Source of the DNA: Elusimicrobiota bacterium
GTDB lineage: Bacteria; Elusimicrobiota; Endomicrobiia; Endomicrobiales; JBDRNC01
Direction of reading: 5' to 3'
DNA length: 64,000 bases
Assembly (NCBI GenBank): GCA_043811535.1
Contig: JBDRNC010000017.1
Coordinates: 96,001 to 160,000 of the forward strand
In this document: in pieces, positions 38,323 to 48,355 of the stretch
Layout: each line of letters starts with the position of its first letter
Numbering within the stretch: the stretch's first letter is position 1
The notes under the pieces: model-generated
The model's input: only the letters and a program-made list of their open reading frames with translations
Databases searched by the model: none
What the model was told of the DNA's origin: nothing
Translations under genes and position numbers: made by a program

Positions 38323-39929
38323 TTTGAAGATGTGAAGTAATTTACAGTGTCCGGGTATTTCTTATTAAACTTGTCAAAATTTACGGCGCTATTCATTGCC
38401 AGAATTGCGTTTTCCTTTTCACCGGCGCTCCAGTACAACCACGCGAGGTCTGAAAGGTATAAATGGTTTTCCGGGAATCTTTTCAGGGCTTCCTTCTGGT
38501 AGTATACCGCCTTTTGAAGAAATTCGGGATCTTTTCGGGTTCTGTACAATGCGAAGCTGTTTTCCGCAAGCCTTGAAAAATATATAGACGGTAAAGGGTC
38601 CATATCTGTAGAAACCAGCAAGAGATTCTGGGCCGATGTATAATCTCCTATTTTAGAATATTCTACACCTTTATTTTGGAATGACCACGCCAAGAAAGGC
38701 GTCAATACTAAAAAATAACAAACCGGAAGAATCAAAAGCGTCGAAATTCGCTTGGACGTTGGTTGTTTTTCTTGTATCAGAGGGTATTCAATAGCGGTTC
38801 TTAATCCGATCATGAAAAGGAACAATATAAAGGGAACAAAAAAGCTGAAATCGAGCATATTCACTAGCAAAAGCGAAAACACAGCTAAAAATACTGAAGT
38901 GAAATAGGGGATATCGTCGTACTTATGATTTATTTTACTGCGGAACGAGAAGAAACCTGAAATTAAGAGTAAAATAAAACCCAAAAGGCCGGGAATGCCG
39001 GATTCTGCGGCGAATTGAAGGAAAATATTGTGGGCATAAAGTGAATAAAGCCCCGCCGAAGCTTTATAAGCAGCAAAATAATTTCCGAAATTCCCCCATC
39101 CGATACCGTTGAAAGCATTGTGCTTGAACATCTCAAAAGCCGTCATCCACCACATAAGTCTGTTCGCTAAGAAAAAACCCTCAAAATTTTTATCGGAGAT
39201 ATATTTGATTAAAGTTAAAAAAGCGATTACCAGCAAAGCGGAAATAAGATATACAAGGTTAATTTTGATTTTGCGGGAAAATCCCCTGCCGGAATAAAAA
39301 ATGTTATATGTCATATAAATAAATATAGTAACCAGGATAGCATTCCGGGAACGTGTTACGATCAGCCCGGCCAAAATAAGAAAAAACACGGTTTTTTCCA
39401 GCCAACCTTTGCTAAAATTCGGCAACGCCAGAAACAGGCAAAATGCAAGGAAGGTCGCAACGATATTTGCGTTAATTACTATTGATTTTGAAATAGGATA
39501 GAAAATGATGGATACGGATGGATTTATAAGCGAACGAACAATTGTTATTAAAGAGAACAACGCGGCAATATAAACGAGCATTGAAAAGATCATTTTTCGC
39601 TGCTCGCGAGGAACATATCCCCAAAGATAGGACAGCATCACGGCGTCACAGAGGATGAGCAGCTGTGTCCGAATTTCGGCTTTTTCATTATTCCCGAAAA
39701 ATGACAGAAGGACAAGGAGAGGAAGGACAAAGAGTGGTCCTTCCTGTTTTATATCAAATGAGGTACGATAAAAGAAGAGTAAGACCGAAAAAGCGGTGAA
39801 AACACAGATATGTGTGATTGTTTGGATCTCAAAATCCCAGGAGAACCTCATTAAAACAGAAAAAGAGAGCAGAAAGGCAAAAAAAATAGACAGCCAATTA
39901 TCTTTGAGGTGTTTGGTTAATATGTGCAT
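38319..39929 (-). CDS. O-antigen ligase/O-oligosaccharyltransferase (Wzy_C) protein with C-terminal TPR-like region
   Basis: Multi-TM; TRSR, R..WW..A..MF...FNGIGWGNF, AHNIFLQFAAESGIPG; helical C-terminus. Confidence 0.85.
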   Translation of the reverse strand: MHILTKHLKDNWLSIFFAFLLSFSVLMRFSWDFEIQTITHICVFTAFSVLLFFYRTSFDIKQEGPLFVLPLLVLLSFFGNNEKAEIRTQLLILCDAVMLSYLWGYVPREQRKMIFSMLVYIAALFSLITIVRSLINPSVSIIFYPISKSIVINANIVATFLAFCLFLALPNFSKGWLEKTVFFLILAGLIVTRSRNAILVTIFIYMTYNIFYSGRGFSRKIKINLVYLISALLVIAFLTLIKYISDKNFEGFFLANRLMWWMTAFEMFKHNAFNGIGWGNFGNYFAAYKASAGLYSLYAHNIFLQFAAESGIPGLLGFILLLISGFFSFRSKINHKYDDIPYFTSVFLAVFSLLLVNMLDFSFFVPFILFLFMIGLRTAIEYPLIQEKQPTSKRISTLLILPVCYFLVLTPFLAWSFQNKGVEYSKIGDYTSAQNLLLVSTDMDPLPSIYFSRLAENSFALYRTRKDPEFLQKAVYYQKEALKRFPENHLYLSDLAWLYWSAGEKENAILAMNSAVNFDKFNKKYPDTVNYFTSSK

Positions 39930-39979
39930 AGTCAGCCGCTTATTTGGCGCGAAACTTCCGGCAGGAAGGAAGGGATGAT

Positions 39980-41833
39980 TTAATTCTTAATAATCTGAGG
40001 CGTCAGGAAAACAAGCAACTCGGTGCGCTGTTTTGAACTGTAATCGCGTTTGAATAGATGCCCTATTATAGGAAGGTCGCCGAGCAGCGGAACCTGCGTT
40101 CCGAGTTTCCTGTCTTCCTCGGTTATAAGGCCGCCTATGACCACGGTTTCACCGTTATTTACCATTACCGTTGTGTCTGCTTCGCGCGTGCCGACAACCG
40201 GACCCGCAGCGTCCGCTCTTACGAACAGACTGACTTCAGGTCTCACTTGAAGCGTGACTTTCTCGTCGGCATTTATCGTCGGAGTAACAGAAAGTTTTAT
40301 ACCTACGTCCAGGAATTGCGTTGCCTGGGTTGAACCTGTTGCTGTAACAGTGGTTGTCGTGTATGGTATTCTCTGCCCTATGAGTATTCTTGCCTGTTTG
40401 TTGTTAATCGTTGTGACTTTAGGCGTTGAGAGAAGTTTTGAAAGGCCTTTTTGGGCTAATGCGGTCAACATACCCGTAATATAGGAATTATTGGTAACAA
40501 TGCCGAACGAAATAGCGGATAACTGGCCGCTGGCAGAGGCTCCCGGAAATGTAACACCGGTACCACCTCCAACAGGAGGTACTACGGTTTTATTTGAAGT
40601 GTCCGAGGGTTGAGTCCCGAATGCCTGTTCCGCACCGCTTGTCTGCCCGACCTTGATGCTGTCGCTGATGTCCGTGGCTATCTGCCACTGGATCCCGAGA
40701 TCCAGATCGTCCGTAAGCGATACTTCTACGATTTTACATTCTATTATTACCTGATACGGCTGTTTATCGAGTTCCGAAATAATTCCTTCCGCCGAAGACA
40801 ATCCTTCGGGGGTGTCGGTAATAATTATGCTGTTGGTCCTGAGGTCAATTGAACTGGCTCCGCGACGCCCTTCGGCGCTCCTGATAGCGTCTAAATTACC
40901 TTTAACATCTTCCGCTTTAGCGTAATTCAGCGGGAATATCTTTGTGAATGTAACCGACTGGTTTCTTTCTTCCGTCACCTTTTGTGTCGTGGTGATGCGC
41001 AGGATATTAGAACCTTGTTCCTGGCTCACAAGCCCCTTGAGCGCTAGAATAGTTTCAAAGGCCTTATCAAAAGGGACGTTCTCAAGATGCAGTGTTATTA
41101 TGCCTGATACCTCGTCGCCGTGTATCAAGTTGATGCCGCTCTTGATTGAAAGTATGCGCAAAACATCTTTTATTTCCGCTTCTTCGAAATCAAGGGTTAC
41201 GAGTGTTTTCGGCAGAATAGCTCGTTTTGATTTTTCCGTGGTTGTTGTTTTCTTTGTTGCGGTCTTCTTTGCCGGGGCAGCCGGTTTTGGCGCCGGTTTC
41301 TTTACCTTGTCGGCGGGTTTTGGGGTAGCTGATGCCAGAGTCTGCGCGTCTTTGGATTCTTCAACGGGAGTTGCGATAACGGTATCGTCTTCGGGGGGTG
41401 TTACCGACGCGCTATTTGCGATAACGGTATTGTCATTGGGGGCAGCATTTTCGGGATTTAGAGTCAGCGTGACTTCCGAACTGTTTCCTTTGAGGTCATA
41501 TTCAACCATTTGATTCAGCTCGACAACGACGCGAGCGATTTTAGTCGGTTCATTTTCAAATTGCGCGCTGCGGATTTTTTTAATCAGTTTTCCGTTGACC
41601 TCTATTTCCTTGCTCTTTACATCATGTTCGGTGTTGGTGAATTCAATGACTAGCCGGGGCGGATTGGAAATTTTAAAAATATTGAATTTTGTCTCGCCGG
41701 ACAATGTCATTATGACAGTGTTATTTTCGACCCTGATGTTATCTAAGGTCTTAAAACTTTCCTGCGCTTGAAGGGAATAGTACAGAACAGCCAGGGATCC
41801 GGCTACCCCTAAAATAGTTAGAATTCTTTTCAT
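39980..41833 (-). CDS. pilQ: Type IV pilus secretin with AMIN domain
   Basis: NPPRLVIE AMIN domain; QVIIECKIVEV; ETVVIGGL...VPLLGDLPIIGHLF...ELLVFLTP. Confidence 0.93.
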   Translation of the reverse strand: MKRILTILGVAGSLAVLYYSLQAQESFKTLDNIRVENNTVIMTLSGETKFNIFKISNPPRLVIEFTNTEHDVKSKEIEVNGKLIKKIRSAQFENEPTKIARVVVELNQMVEYDLKGNSSEVTLTLNPENAAPNDNTVIANSASVTPPEDDTVIATPVEESKDAQTLASATPKPADKVKKPAPKPAAPAKKTATKKTTTTEKSKRAILPKTLVTLDFEEAEIKDVLRILSIKSGINLIHGDEVSGIITLHLENVPFDKAFETILALKGLVSQEQGSNILRITTTQKVTEERNQSVTFTKIFPLNYAKAEDVKGNLDAIRSAEGRRGASSIDLRTNSIIITDTPEGLSSAEGIISELDKQPYQVIIECKIVEVSLTDDLDLGIQWQIATDISDSIKVGQTSGAEQAFGTQPSDTSNKTVVPPVGGGTGVTFPGASASGQLSAISFGIVTNNSYITGMLTALAQKGLSKLLSTPKVTTINNKQARILIGQRIPYTTTTVTATGSTQATQFLDVGIKLSVTPTINADEKVTLQVRPEVSLFVRADAAGPVVGTREADTTVMVNNGETVVIGGLITEEDRKLGTQVPLLGDLPIIGHLFKRDYSSKQRTELLVFLTPQIIKN

Positions 41834-41869
41834 TATGATCGGCCTCCTCTATAAGGATGACGCAAAAAA

Positions 41870-42334
41870 TCAGTTTTCCCTTAATTTCAGTTCCTTGACG
41901 GAACCTTCGGGAGCAATCATTATTACGCTGTCTTTTTTTATTGCTCCGGAAATTCCCCTGATGAGCCTTTGACGGTTATCATAAAGCCTGCTGTCTTTAA
42001 GAACGAAAGTGGTGCCGTCTCCTGTTATCAGTGCAATTTTCGTCTTGCCTTCGGAGATTATTCCTTTCAGCGACAAACTTCCGATGTTTGGGGCCGTTAC
42101 TTCGTCTGATTCAAGAAAACGGCGGCCGGGACCCGTTAGAGAAATGAAAGGATCCCTGTATCTATCACCCCTGTAAGCATATTTTTGAGGGGCCTTTTTT
42201 TCATAAACAGGCATGGTAACTACCGGAGGAGGAAGTGTTTTCGCCGCGCCCGCGCCGGGAGGCGGCGTTTTCCCTTTTCCGCAACCGGAAAGTATTAAAA
42301 TCGGCAGTGTTAAATAAATGATTAGTTTTTTCAT
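41870..42334 (-). CDS. pilP: PilP-like lipoprotein
   Basis: Lipobox LSGC; RDPF motif; position between pilO and pilQ. Confidence 0.75.
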   Translation of the reverse strand: MKKLIIYLTLPILILSGCGKGKTPPPGAGAAKTLPPPVVTMPVYEKKAPQKYAYRGDRYRDPFISLTGPGRRFLESDEVTAPNIGSLSLKGIISEGKTKIALITGDGTTFVLKDSRLYDNRQRLIRGISGAIKKDSVIMIAPEGSVKELKLREN

Positions 42335-42879
42335 CCCTTGAAAGTGTATGCCATTAGAGTAAAGTTTACGGAGATAGTGGTCTTTGCCCCTTTTGAAGTG
42401 TCTCCGCTGGCTGAGAAAGCGACATTTTTCGAATTAAGTATCCTTGATTCCTGCCCTATCTCGGCAAGGAACTGCGCAAGCGAGTGATATGTCCCGGTTA
42501 AAGTCAGTAGAAAAGGTATCTCATTGTAATTCGCCAGCGAAACGACGGACTGGGGAGAGATGTTTGAAACTTTCAAGCGATATTTCTGTGAAATTTTTGT
42601 TATAGTTTTTAACAGTACAGGTACGTCCTTATCTTTGGGAAGCATTTTTCCGAGATCTTCGACCTCCTGCTGCAGAAAGGTCATTTCCGCTTGCAGTTTG
42701 GGAAGTTCGAGCGCGCGTTGTGACATTTCGGATATCCTTAATTGAATATCAGCAAGCTTTTTTTCCTCATCAGCGTATTTTTTCCGCAGAGGAGAAAGAA
42801 GATAGCTGTAATAAATAAAGATCATCGCGATGAAGCAAACCCCCAACACGATCAGATTCTGCTGCATTTTTTTACTCAT
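42331..42879 (-). CDS. pilO: Type IV pilus assembly protein PilO
   Basis: N-terminal TM, coiled coil, LPKDKDVPVLL, GTYHSLAQFL. Confidence 0.88.
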   Translation of the reverse strand: MSKKMQQNLIVLGVCFIAMIFIYYSYLLSPLRKKYADEEKKLADIQLRISEMSQRALELPKLQAEMTFLQQEVEDLGKMLPKDKDVPVLLKTITKISQKYRLKVSNISPQSVVSLANYNEIPFLLTLTGTYHSLAQFLAEIGQESRILNSKNVAFSASGDTSKGAKTTISVNFTLMAYTFKG

Positions 42880-43436
42880 GGCTGTTGTCTCTTATAGTTG
42901 AAATTTATCGTGAATGTCGAAACCGGTTTTTTTGCGTCGCCAGATGTGGATATCGCGCCGATCTCAACATTCGAAAAATAACCGCTCGCCGAAAGCGCGG
43001 TTATCATATCCGCAATAGAGTATACATCGAGAGACTGGGCCTGTAGGTCCAGTCTCATAGACAAGTCCGGCTGTATTGTCGTGTTCAGCGACGTAAACCA
43101 TACGTTGGTTGGGAGGAGTTGAAGCAGGTCTTCCATCATTTTTGGGTAGACCAACCTTTTTTCCATAAGCGTATTAATGACATTCTTTTTCGTTTCAAGG
43201 ACGGCTTTTGTCGCCTGAAGAGTTTCAACCTGCTTGACTATGTCTTCATATTTACTTAAATTCTTCTGCGCATTGTTGATATCGGTTTGCAGGCCGGAAT
43301 ACGCGCCCAACAGGGCAAAATACTTGAAAAGCCCTATAAGCACGAAAATACACATGATTATTACCGCTAGAACGATAATTTCCTTAGGTTCTTCTTTCTT
43401 AATGTTTTCCGGAGATAATAGGTTGATTCTAATCAT
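42876..43436 (-). CDS. pilN: Type IV pilus assembly protein PilN
   Basis: MIRINLL N-terminus, TM, LPTNVWFTSL. Confidence 0.88.
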   Translation of the reverse strand: MIRINLLSPENIKKEEPKEIIVLAVIIMCIFVLIGLFKYFALLGAYSGLQTDINNAQKNLSKYEDIVKQVETLQATKAVLETKKNVINTLMEKRLVYPKMMEDLLQLLPTNVWFTSLNTTIQPDLSMRLDLQAQSLDVYSIADMITALSASGYFSNVEIGAISTSGDAKKPVSTFTINFNYKRQQP

Positions 43437-43438
43437 TT

Positions 43439-44566
43439 TTATTTCTTGGGAACATCATTTTCGCGCCTGGCGGCAAGTCCGACCGCGATTGCAAGCTGGC
43501 AAGCCATATTCAGCGGGACGGTATCCCCCCCTTCAACATTCTGCAGGGGATTGAATATTTCAACTGGCATTTTCAACTCCTGGCTGAAATACTTGTCAAG
43601 GTTTTTGAGGTTCGCGGTTCCGCCGCTCAAGAGGACTTTGTTTATGCTTTTCTCCGGATTCTGGGACACGTAAAAATCGATCGATCGGTGGACTTCGGTC
43701 AGCAGGTCGCGCGCGACCGGGGTTATTGCCGTCGAAACTTGCAACGCTTCTTTTTGGTTTTCCGCAAGAGTTTTTTCTTTTTCCTCAATTGTTACGAGGA
43801 GGCCGTACCGGGTTTTAAAGTCTTCGGCGGCCTTGGCGTCGCAGGACATATTTCTCTGTATCGCTTTACTGAACGAACTGCCGGAAATAAAAACATCGCG
43901 TACGACGCGAAGAACCTGGTTTTCAATGATAGCCATATTTGTGACCGTCGAACCGATATTTATCATCAGAACATTCTCGTTGACGGCCGGATCGGAATTC
44001 ATTTCGTAAGCGTTAGCAAGCGCGAACGCGTCAAGGTCAAAAACTATCGTCCGCAAATTAAGGTCATTGAGAATCTCAAGCCTGCTCTGCATTAATTCCT
44101 TTTTTGCGGCGACAAGAATAGTTTCCATTTTTTTCTGTCCTTCTTCGGTAACTTCCCCCAGAATATGGAAACTCAGATCAACTTCCTTTATATCGAAAGG
44201 AATATAAGGCTCGGCCTCGAATTGTATGGTTTTGCTCAGCTCTTCTCGTGACAATTTAGGAAATTTGACATAACGCACGATTACCTGGTTTCCGGAAACA
44301 GAGCTTACTACGTTCTTGGTCAGTATTTTTTCTTTGGCGAGAAATTCACCCAGGCGGGCCGCCGACAAGTTTTTTCTGTCCTGAGGGGACAATTCGGCGC
44401 CCGAATCGGAGAAAGTGAGAATACCCCACTTAGTAAGGCTGTATTTATTTCCTACCGGTTTTAAGTGAACGATTTTTACTGCTGTGCTGCCAAGGTCGGC
44501 GGCAAAGGAATCTTTGACTTTCAGGAAAGGCAACGGAGGTAGTTTTATTTCTGGTAATTTTACCAT
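43439..44566 (-). CDS. pilM: Type IV pilus assembly protein PilM
   Basis: DLGSTAVK, EAEPYIPF, LVAAKKE, LSGG, AVGLA actin-like motifs. Confidence 0.92.
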   Translation of the reverse strand: MVKLPEIKLPPLPFLKVKDSFAADLGSTAVKIVHLKPVGNKYSLTKWGILTFSDSGAELSPQDRKNLSAARLGEFLAKEKILTKNVVSSVSGNQVIVRYVKFPKLSREELSKTIQFEAEPYIPFDIKEVDLSFHILGEVTEEGQKKMETILVAAKKELMQSRLEILNDLNLRTIVFDLDAFALANAYEMNSDPAVNENVLMINIGSTVTNMAIIENQVLRVVRDVFISGSSFSKAIQRNMSCDAKAAEDFKTRYGLLVTIEEKEKTLAENQKEALQVSTAITPVARDLLTEVHRSIDFYVSQNPEKSINKVLLSGGTANLKNLDKYFSQELKMPVEIFNPLQNVEGGDTVPLNMACQLAIAVGLAARRENDVPKK

Positions 44567-44572
44567 TCAAGT

Positions 44573-44603
44573 ATTATATAACAATTTTTGTTTAATTTGT
44601 CAA
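44573..44603 (-). promoter_or_regulatory. Probable pilM promoter (possibly leaderless transcript)
   Basis: Minus strand TTGACA-19 bp-TATAAT-6 nt-ATG; no Shine-Dalgarno. Confidence 0.5.
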
Positions 44604-44613
44604 GTATTTATTT

Positions 44614-44640
44614 AAAAAAAACGCATATAAGCGTTTTTTT
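44614..44640. terminator. Weak bidirectional terminator-like hairpin after pilD
   Basis: AAAAAAAACGC-atataa-GCGTTTTTTT. Confidence 0.5.
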
Positions 44641-44646
44641 GCCATA

Positions 44647-45420
44647 TTACCAGAAAAATGTTGAAAAATACTCACTTATTAATATATTCACGAAAGCGCT
44701 CAATCCCAAAAAAGGCCCGAAAGGTATATAATCTCTTTTTTCAATTTTCTTGTTCATAATCAGTATTAAACCTGCAATACTTCCCAGTATCGAAGCAAGA
44801 ATTATCGTAGCCAGCGCGCCCCGGAAACCCAAGAAAGCCCCTATACCTGCAATGAGTTTTACATCCCCGACTCCCATGGCTTCCTTTTTTGCGTATATTT
44901 TGCCCAGGAACAGCACGGCAAGAAGAATCCCGCTGCCGAGAAGTGTGCCCGCGCAGGAATTCATTAGGCGCGTTTTCCATTCAATTCCAAGTTCCGGGTT
45001 CAAGAAACTTGTTAAAATTCCAGCAGCAACAAGCAGATATGATAATTGATCGGGGATTATCTGACAGTGGAAATCTATGCCAGATATGATAATAAGGATT
45101 AATGTAAGGAAGGAAAATAGAATAAGCGCGAAACTGATATCGAAATGTATCGCGAGCAGAACAAAAGATACCCCGGTTATAAGCTCAACTATAGGATATT
45201 GCAGACTGATTCTTGATTCGCAGTGGCGGCATTTTCCCCGAAGCATTATAAAACTGAATAAAGGGATGTTATCATACCATCTGATAGGTTTTTTGCAGGC
45301 TGGACAGCGCGAACGCGGCATTACGACTGATTCATCGCGCGGCATGCGACATATGCATACGTTAGCGAAGCTGCCCAGTATGAGTCCGATTATGAAATGA
45401 AAGATATAGAATGTCGGCAT
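44647..45420 (-). CDS. pilD: Prepilin peptidase
   Basis: GSFANV, SRCPAC, DNIP, GKCRHC, MGVGDVKL, IPFGPFL. Confidence 0.95.
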   Translation of the reverse strand: MPTFYIFHFIIGLILGSFANVCICRMPRDESVVMPRSRCPACKKPIRWYDNIPLFSFIMLRGKCRHCESRISLQYPIVELITGVSFVLLAIHFDISFALILFSFLTLILIIISGIDFHCQIIPDQLSYLLVAAGILTSFLNPELGIEWKTRLMNSCAGTLLGSGILLAVLFLGKIYAKKEAMGVGDVKLIAGIGAFLGFRGALATIILASILGSIAGLILIMNKKIEKRDYIPFGPFLGLSAFVNILISEYFSTFFW

Positions 45421-45459
45421 ATCAACGAAATCCCCGGATTTAATTGTGTATTAGAATCT

Positions 45460-45468
45460 ATTATAGCA
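45460..45468 (-). promoter_or_regulatory. Extended -10 promoter for pilD, abutting the pilin terminator U-tract
   Basis: Minus strand TGCTATAAT, about 40 nt upstream of the pilD ATG. Confidence 0.5.
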
Positions 45469-45502
45469 AAAAAGAACCCCCTCGATAAATCAAGGGGGTT
45501 CC
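45468..45502 (-). terminator. Intrinsic terminator of the pilin gene
   Basis: Minus strand GAACCCCCTTGA-ttta-TCGAGGGGGTTC followed by TTTTTT. Confidence 0.88.
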
Positions 45503-45520
45503 TATAATCAAGAGAGCCAA

Positions 45521-45973
45521 TTAGAATGCTCCCCACGCGGACGATTTTGAATCTGTGTGAGAACAATCCACCCACAGATCGCCCCATTGTCTTAGTGCTG
45601 AAACTCGGTTATTGCAGTAGCCCCATGCACCAGTGTCCGCAGTCGAGTTTGCGAGCGTGAAAACTACTGTCTTTCCATGGAACGGAGGCATGTACGCATT
45701 CGGTACCTCTTTGAGGTACTTGCCGTTTTCCATAGTAAGAAGACCGCCCATCATGTCAACTCCGGCTGCTGTTGGAATCGGGAACCAACCTTCCATTTCA
45801 CCATAATAGATTGAAACGGAACTGCGAAGTGCTCCAAGGTTGCCCTTTGTGGCTCCTTCATTGGATTTACGAATGAGGTCAGCAAACTTCGGGATAGCAA
45901 TTGCAGAGAGGATTCCGATGATAGCAACAACGATCATGAGCTCAATAAGCGTGAAACCTTTTGATTTTGTCAT
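45521..45973 (-). CDS. Type IV pilin (probable major pilin)
   Basis: KG|FTLIELMIVVAIIGIL prepilin motif with Glu5; has its own consensus promoter, SD and terminator. Confidence 0.92.
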   Translation of the reverse strand: MTKSKGFTLIELMIVVAIIGILSAIAIPKFADLIRKSNEGATKGNLGALRSSVSIYYGEMEGWFPIPTAAGVDMMGGLLTMENGKYLKEVPNAYMPPFHGKTVVFTLANSTADTGAWGYCNNRVSALRQWGDLWVDCSHTDSKSSAWGAF

Positions 45974-45979
45974 GTTTTC

Positions 45980-46029
45980 TCACCTCCTTTTTATACTAAT
46001 AATATAGCATGAAAAAGACCTTGTGTCAA
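45980..46029 (-). promoter_or_regulatory. Strong sigma70 promoter and SD of the pilin gene
   Basis: TTGACA (46029-46024)-17 bp-TATATT (46006-46001) with extended TG; SD AAAGGAGGTGA (45990-45980). Confidence 0.85.
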
Positions 46030-46033
46030 TACT

Positions 46034-47257
46034 TTAGTTGCTCGCCAGCGTGCTCATCTCGAACATCGGCATGAACATGGCGAGAACGATCGTTCCCACC
46101 ACGGCCCCCAACCCCACCATTATAAGCGGTTCGATCATGCTTGTAAGTCCCTTAACGGCCGCGTCCACTTCTGAATCATAGAAATCCGCGATTTTGGCAA
46201 GCATGGTGTCAAGGTTGCCTGTTTCTTCGCCTATCGCTATCATCTGGATGACCATCGGAGGAAAGACACCTGTTTTTCTAAGAGGATCGGCCATTCTTTC
46301 GCCTTCGCGTATCGCTTCCTTGGCCTTGTTGATTGCGGCTTCAATGACTTTGTTGCCGCTCGTCTTGCTGACGGTGTCAAGAGCCTGGAGTATTGGGACT
46401 CCTGATTTTATAAGCGTGCCGAGCGTCCTGGAAAATTTCGCGACGGCCACTTTTTTCAGGAGTATCCCGAAAAGCGGCAGCTTGAGGGCAACAGCGTCGG
46501 TTATCAGCATCCCCTTTTCCGTCTTTCTCCACTCTTTGAACCCGATAACGCCTCCAATGGGAACAGCCAGGATTGCATACCAAAATTGTCTTACAAAATC
46601 CGAAAGCCCGAGCATTAATTTAGTGGGAAGAGGCAGATCAGCCCCGAAACTTGAGAATATAGTTTTGAACGTCGGGAGTATGAATACGAGGAGGAAAAAT
46701 GTTATGCCGCCTGCTACTATCACGATAACCGCCGGATAGATCATAGCGCTGGATATTTTCCCCTTGAGCTCTTCGGCGGATTCAAGATAACCTGATATGC
46801 GCTCAAGTATGGTGTCAAGGATACCACCAATCTCTCCGGCTTTAATCATTGACACATAGAGTTCTGTGAACGCGACAGGATGTTTTTTCATGGCGTCCGC
46901 TATCGAAATACCCTGTTCAATATCTTCACGGATGCCCGTTATTACTTTTTTAAAAACAGGGGTTTCGGCCTGGTCGACAAGTATGGAGAGGCCCTGCACT
47001 ATGGGAACGCCCGCGGAAACAAGAGTGGAAAGCTGTCTGGAAAAAATAACAAGCTCCTTTGAGGTGACACCGGGCTTGAATGGATTGATTCTATTGAGCA
47101 TCTCCATCAAGGGGCTGGGTTTGGCTTCCTTGATTTCCATCACAATCATCTTCTGGGCCTTGAGCCGGTCAGAAGCGGTTCTCTGGTCGGGAGCTTCGAT
47201 GACAGCGGTCGTTACAGAGCCGTTGGGAAAACGGGCCTTATAACTATAATGGGGCAT
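46034..47257 (-). CDS. pilC: Type IV pilus platform protein (GspF family)
   Basis: FSRQLSTLVSAGVP, GEIGGILD, AMIYP, GEETGNLD, EP. Confidence 0.95.
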   Translation of the reverse strand: MPHYSYKARFPNGSVTTAVIEAPDQRTASDRLKAQKMIVMEIKEAKPSPLMEMLNRINPFKPGVTSKELVIFSRQLSTLVSAGVPIVQGLSILVDQAETPVFKKVITGIREDIEQGISIADAMKKHPVAFTELYVSMIKAGEIGGILDTILERISGYLESAEELKGKISSAMIYPAVIVIVAGGITFFLLVFILPTFKTIFSSFGADLPLPTKLMLGLSDFVRQFWYAILAVPIGGVIGFKEWRKTEKGMLITDAVALKLPLFGILLKKVAVAKFSRTLGTLIKSGVPILQALDTVSKTSGNKVIEAAINKAKEAIREGERMADPLRKTGVFPPMVIQMIAIGEETGNLDTMLAKIADFYDSEVDAAVKGLTSMIEPLIMVGLGAVVGTIVLAMFMPMFEMSTLASN

Positions 47258-47287
47258 TTAAACCTCCGGTTAGTATGGTTATTTTTC

Positions 47288-48355
47288 TTATGCGCCTGCT
47301 TTTTGTAATATGCGTTTCAAGTCGTCGGGATCGCTAGAGGAATCTATAGCCATCTGATACGATATTTTTCTTTTTATATAGAGATCATAAAGCGCCTGGT
47401 TCATCGTCTGCATCCCGAATTTCGCGCCCGTCTGCATCGCAAGGTATATCTGTTCCGTTTTCATTTCCCTGATAAGGTTCCTGATAGCGGACGTAACAAG
47501 AAGAACTTCGGATGCGAGTATCCTGCCGCTGCCGGAAGCCAGGGGAAGCAGTTGCTGCGCGAAGACGCACTGGAGCACAAAAGAAAGCTGCGACCTGATT
47601 TGCGGCTGCTGGTGCGGGGAGAAGACGTCTATTATGCGGTTTACAGAAGAAGCCGCGTCGGTGGTATGCAGCGTGGCAAAAACAAGATGCCCCGTTTCCG
47701 CAATTGTCAATGCCGCCTGAATCGTCTCAAGGTCCCGCATTTCGCCGATGAGTATGATATCAGGATCCTGGCGCAAAACGTATTTGAGGGCGACAGGGAA
47801 CGATTGCGTGTCGGTTCCTATTTCTCTCTGGTTTACTATCGATTGCTTGTGATAATGCACGTATTCTATCGGATCTTCGACCGTTAAAATGTGGTTTGTC
47901 CGGTGTTCATTGAGAAAATCTATCATGGACGCCAGCGTCGTGGATTTTCCGGAACCGGTCGGCCCCGTAACGAGCACAAGCCCTTTCCCGAGTTTCATTA
48001 TCTCATGAATTACCGGAGGAAGATTCAGTTCATCAAATGTCAGTATGCGCTGGGGTATGGAACGGAGCGCGGCTCCGACGGAGCCCCTTTGCCTGAATAC
48101 GTTCATCCTCACGCGGCCGACGCCCTTTATTCCGAAAGAAAGGTCAAGTTCGTTTGTTCCCTCAAATTTCTCTTTCTGAGAATCCGTAAGAAGCGAATAT
48201 ATCAGTCTCTGGCAGATGTCCGGCGAAAGTTTTTCAAACTGCGTCTGTATGACTTCCCCGTCAATTCGCAGCATCGGAGGAAGCCCGGCGGTGATATGCA
48301 GGTCCGATGCCCGTTTCTCCATCAGCATAAGAAGCAAGTCTTGCATGTTCAGCAT
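47288..48355 (-). CDS. pilT: Type IV pilus retraction ATPase
   Basis: ASDLH, GPTGSGKST, TVEDPIE, LRQDPDIILIGEMRD, TGHLVFATLH, AIRNLIRE, GMQT. Confidence 0.95.
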   Translation of the reverse strand: MLNMQDLLLMLMEKRASDLHITAGLPPMLRIDGEVIQTQFEKLSPDICQRLIYSLLTDSQKEKFEGTNELDLSFGIKGVGRVRMNVFRQRGSVGAALRSIPQRILTFDELNLPPVIHEIMKLGKGLVLVTGPTGSGKSTTLASMIDFLNEHRTNHILTVEDPIEYVHYHKQSIVNQREIGTDTQSFPVALKYVLRQDPDIILIGEMRDLETIQAALTIAETGHLVFATLHTTDAASSVNRIIDVFSPHQQPQIRSQLSFVLQCVFAQQLLPLASGSGRILASEVLLVTSAIRNLIREMKTEQIYLAMQTGAKFGMQTMNQALYDLYIKRKISYQMAIDSSSDPDDLKRILQKAGA

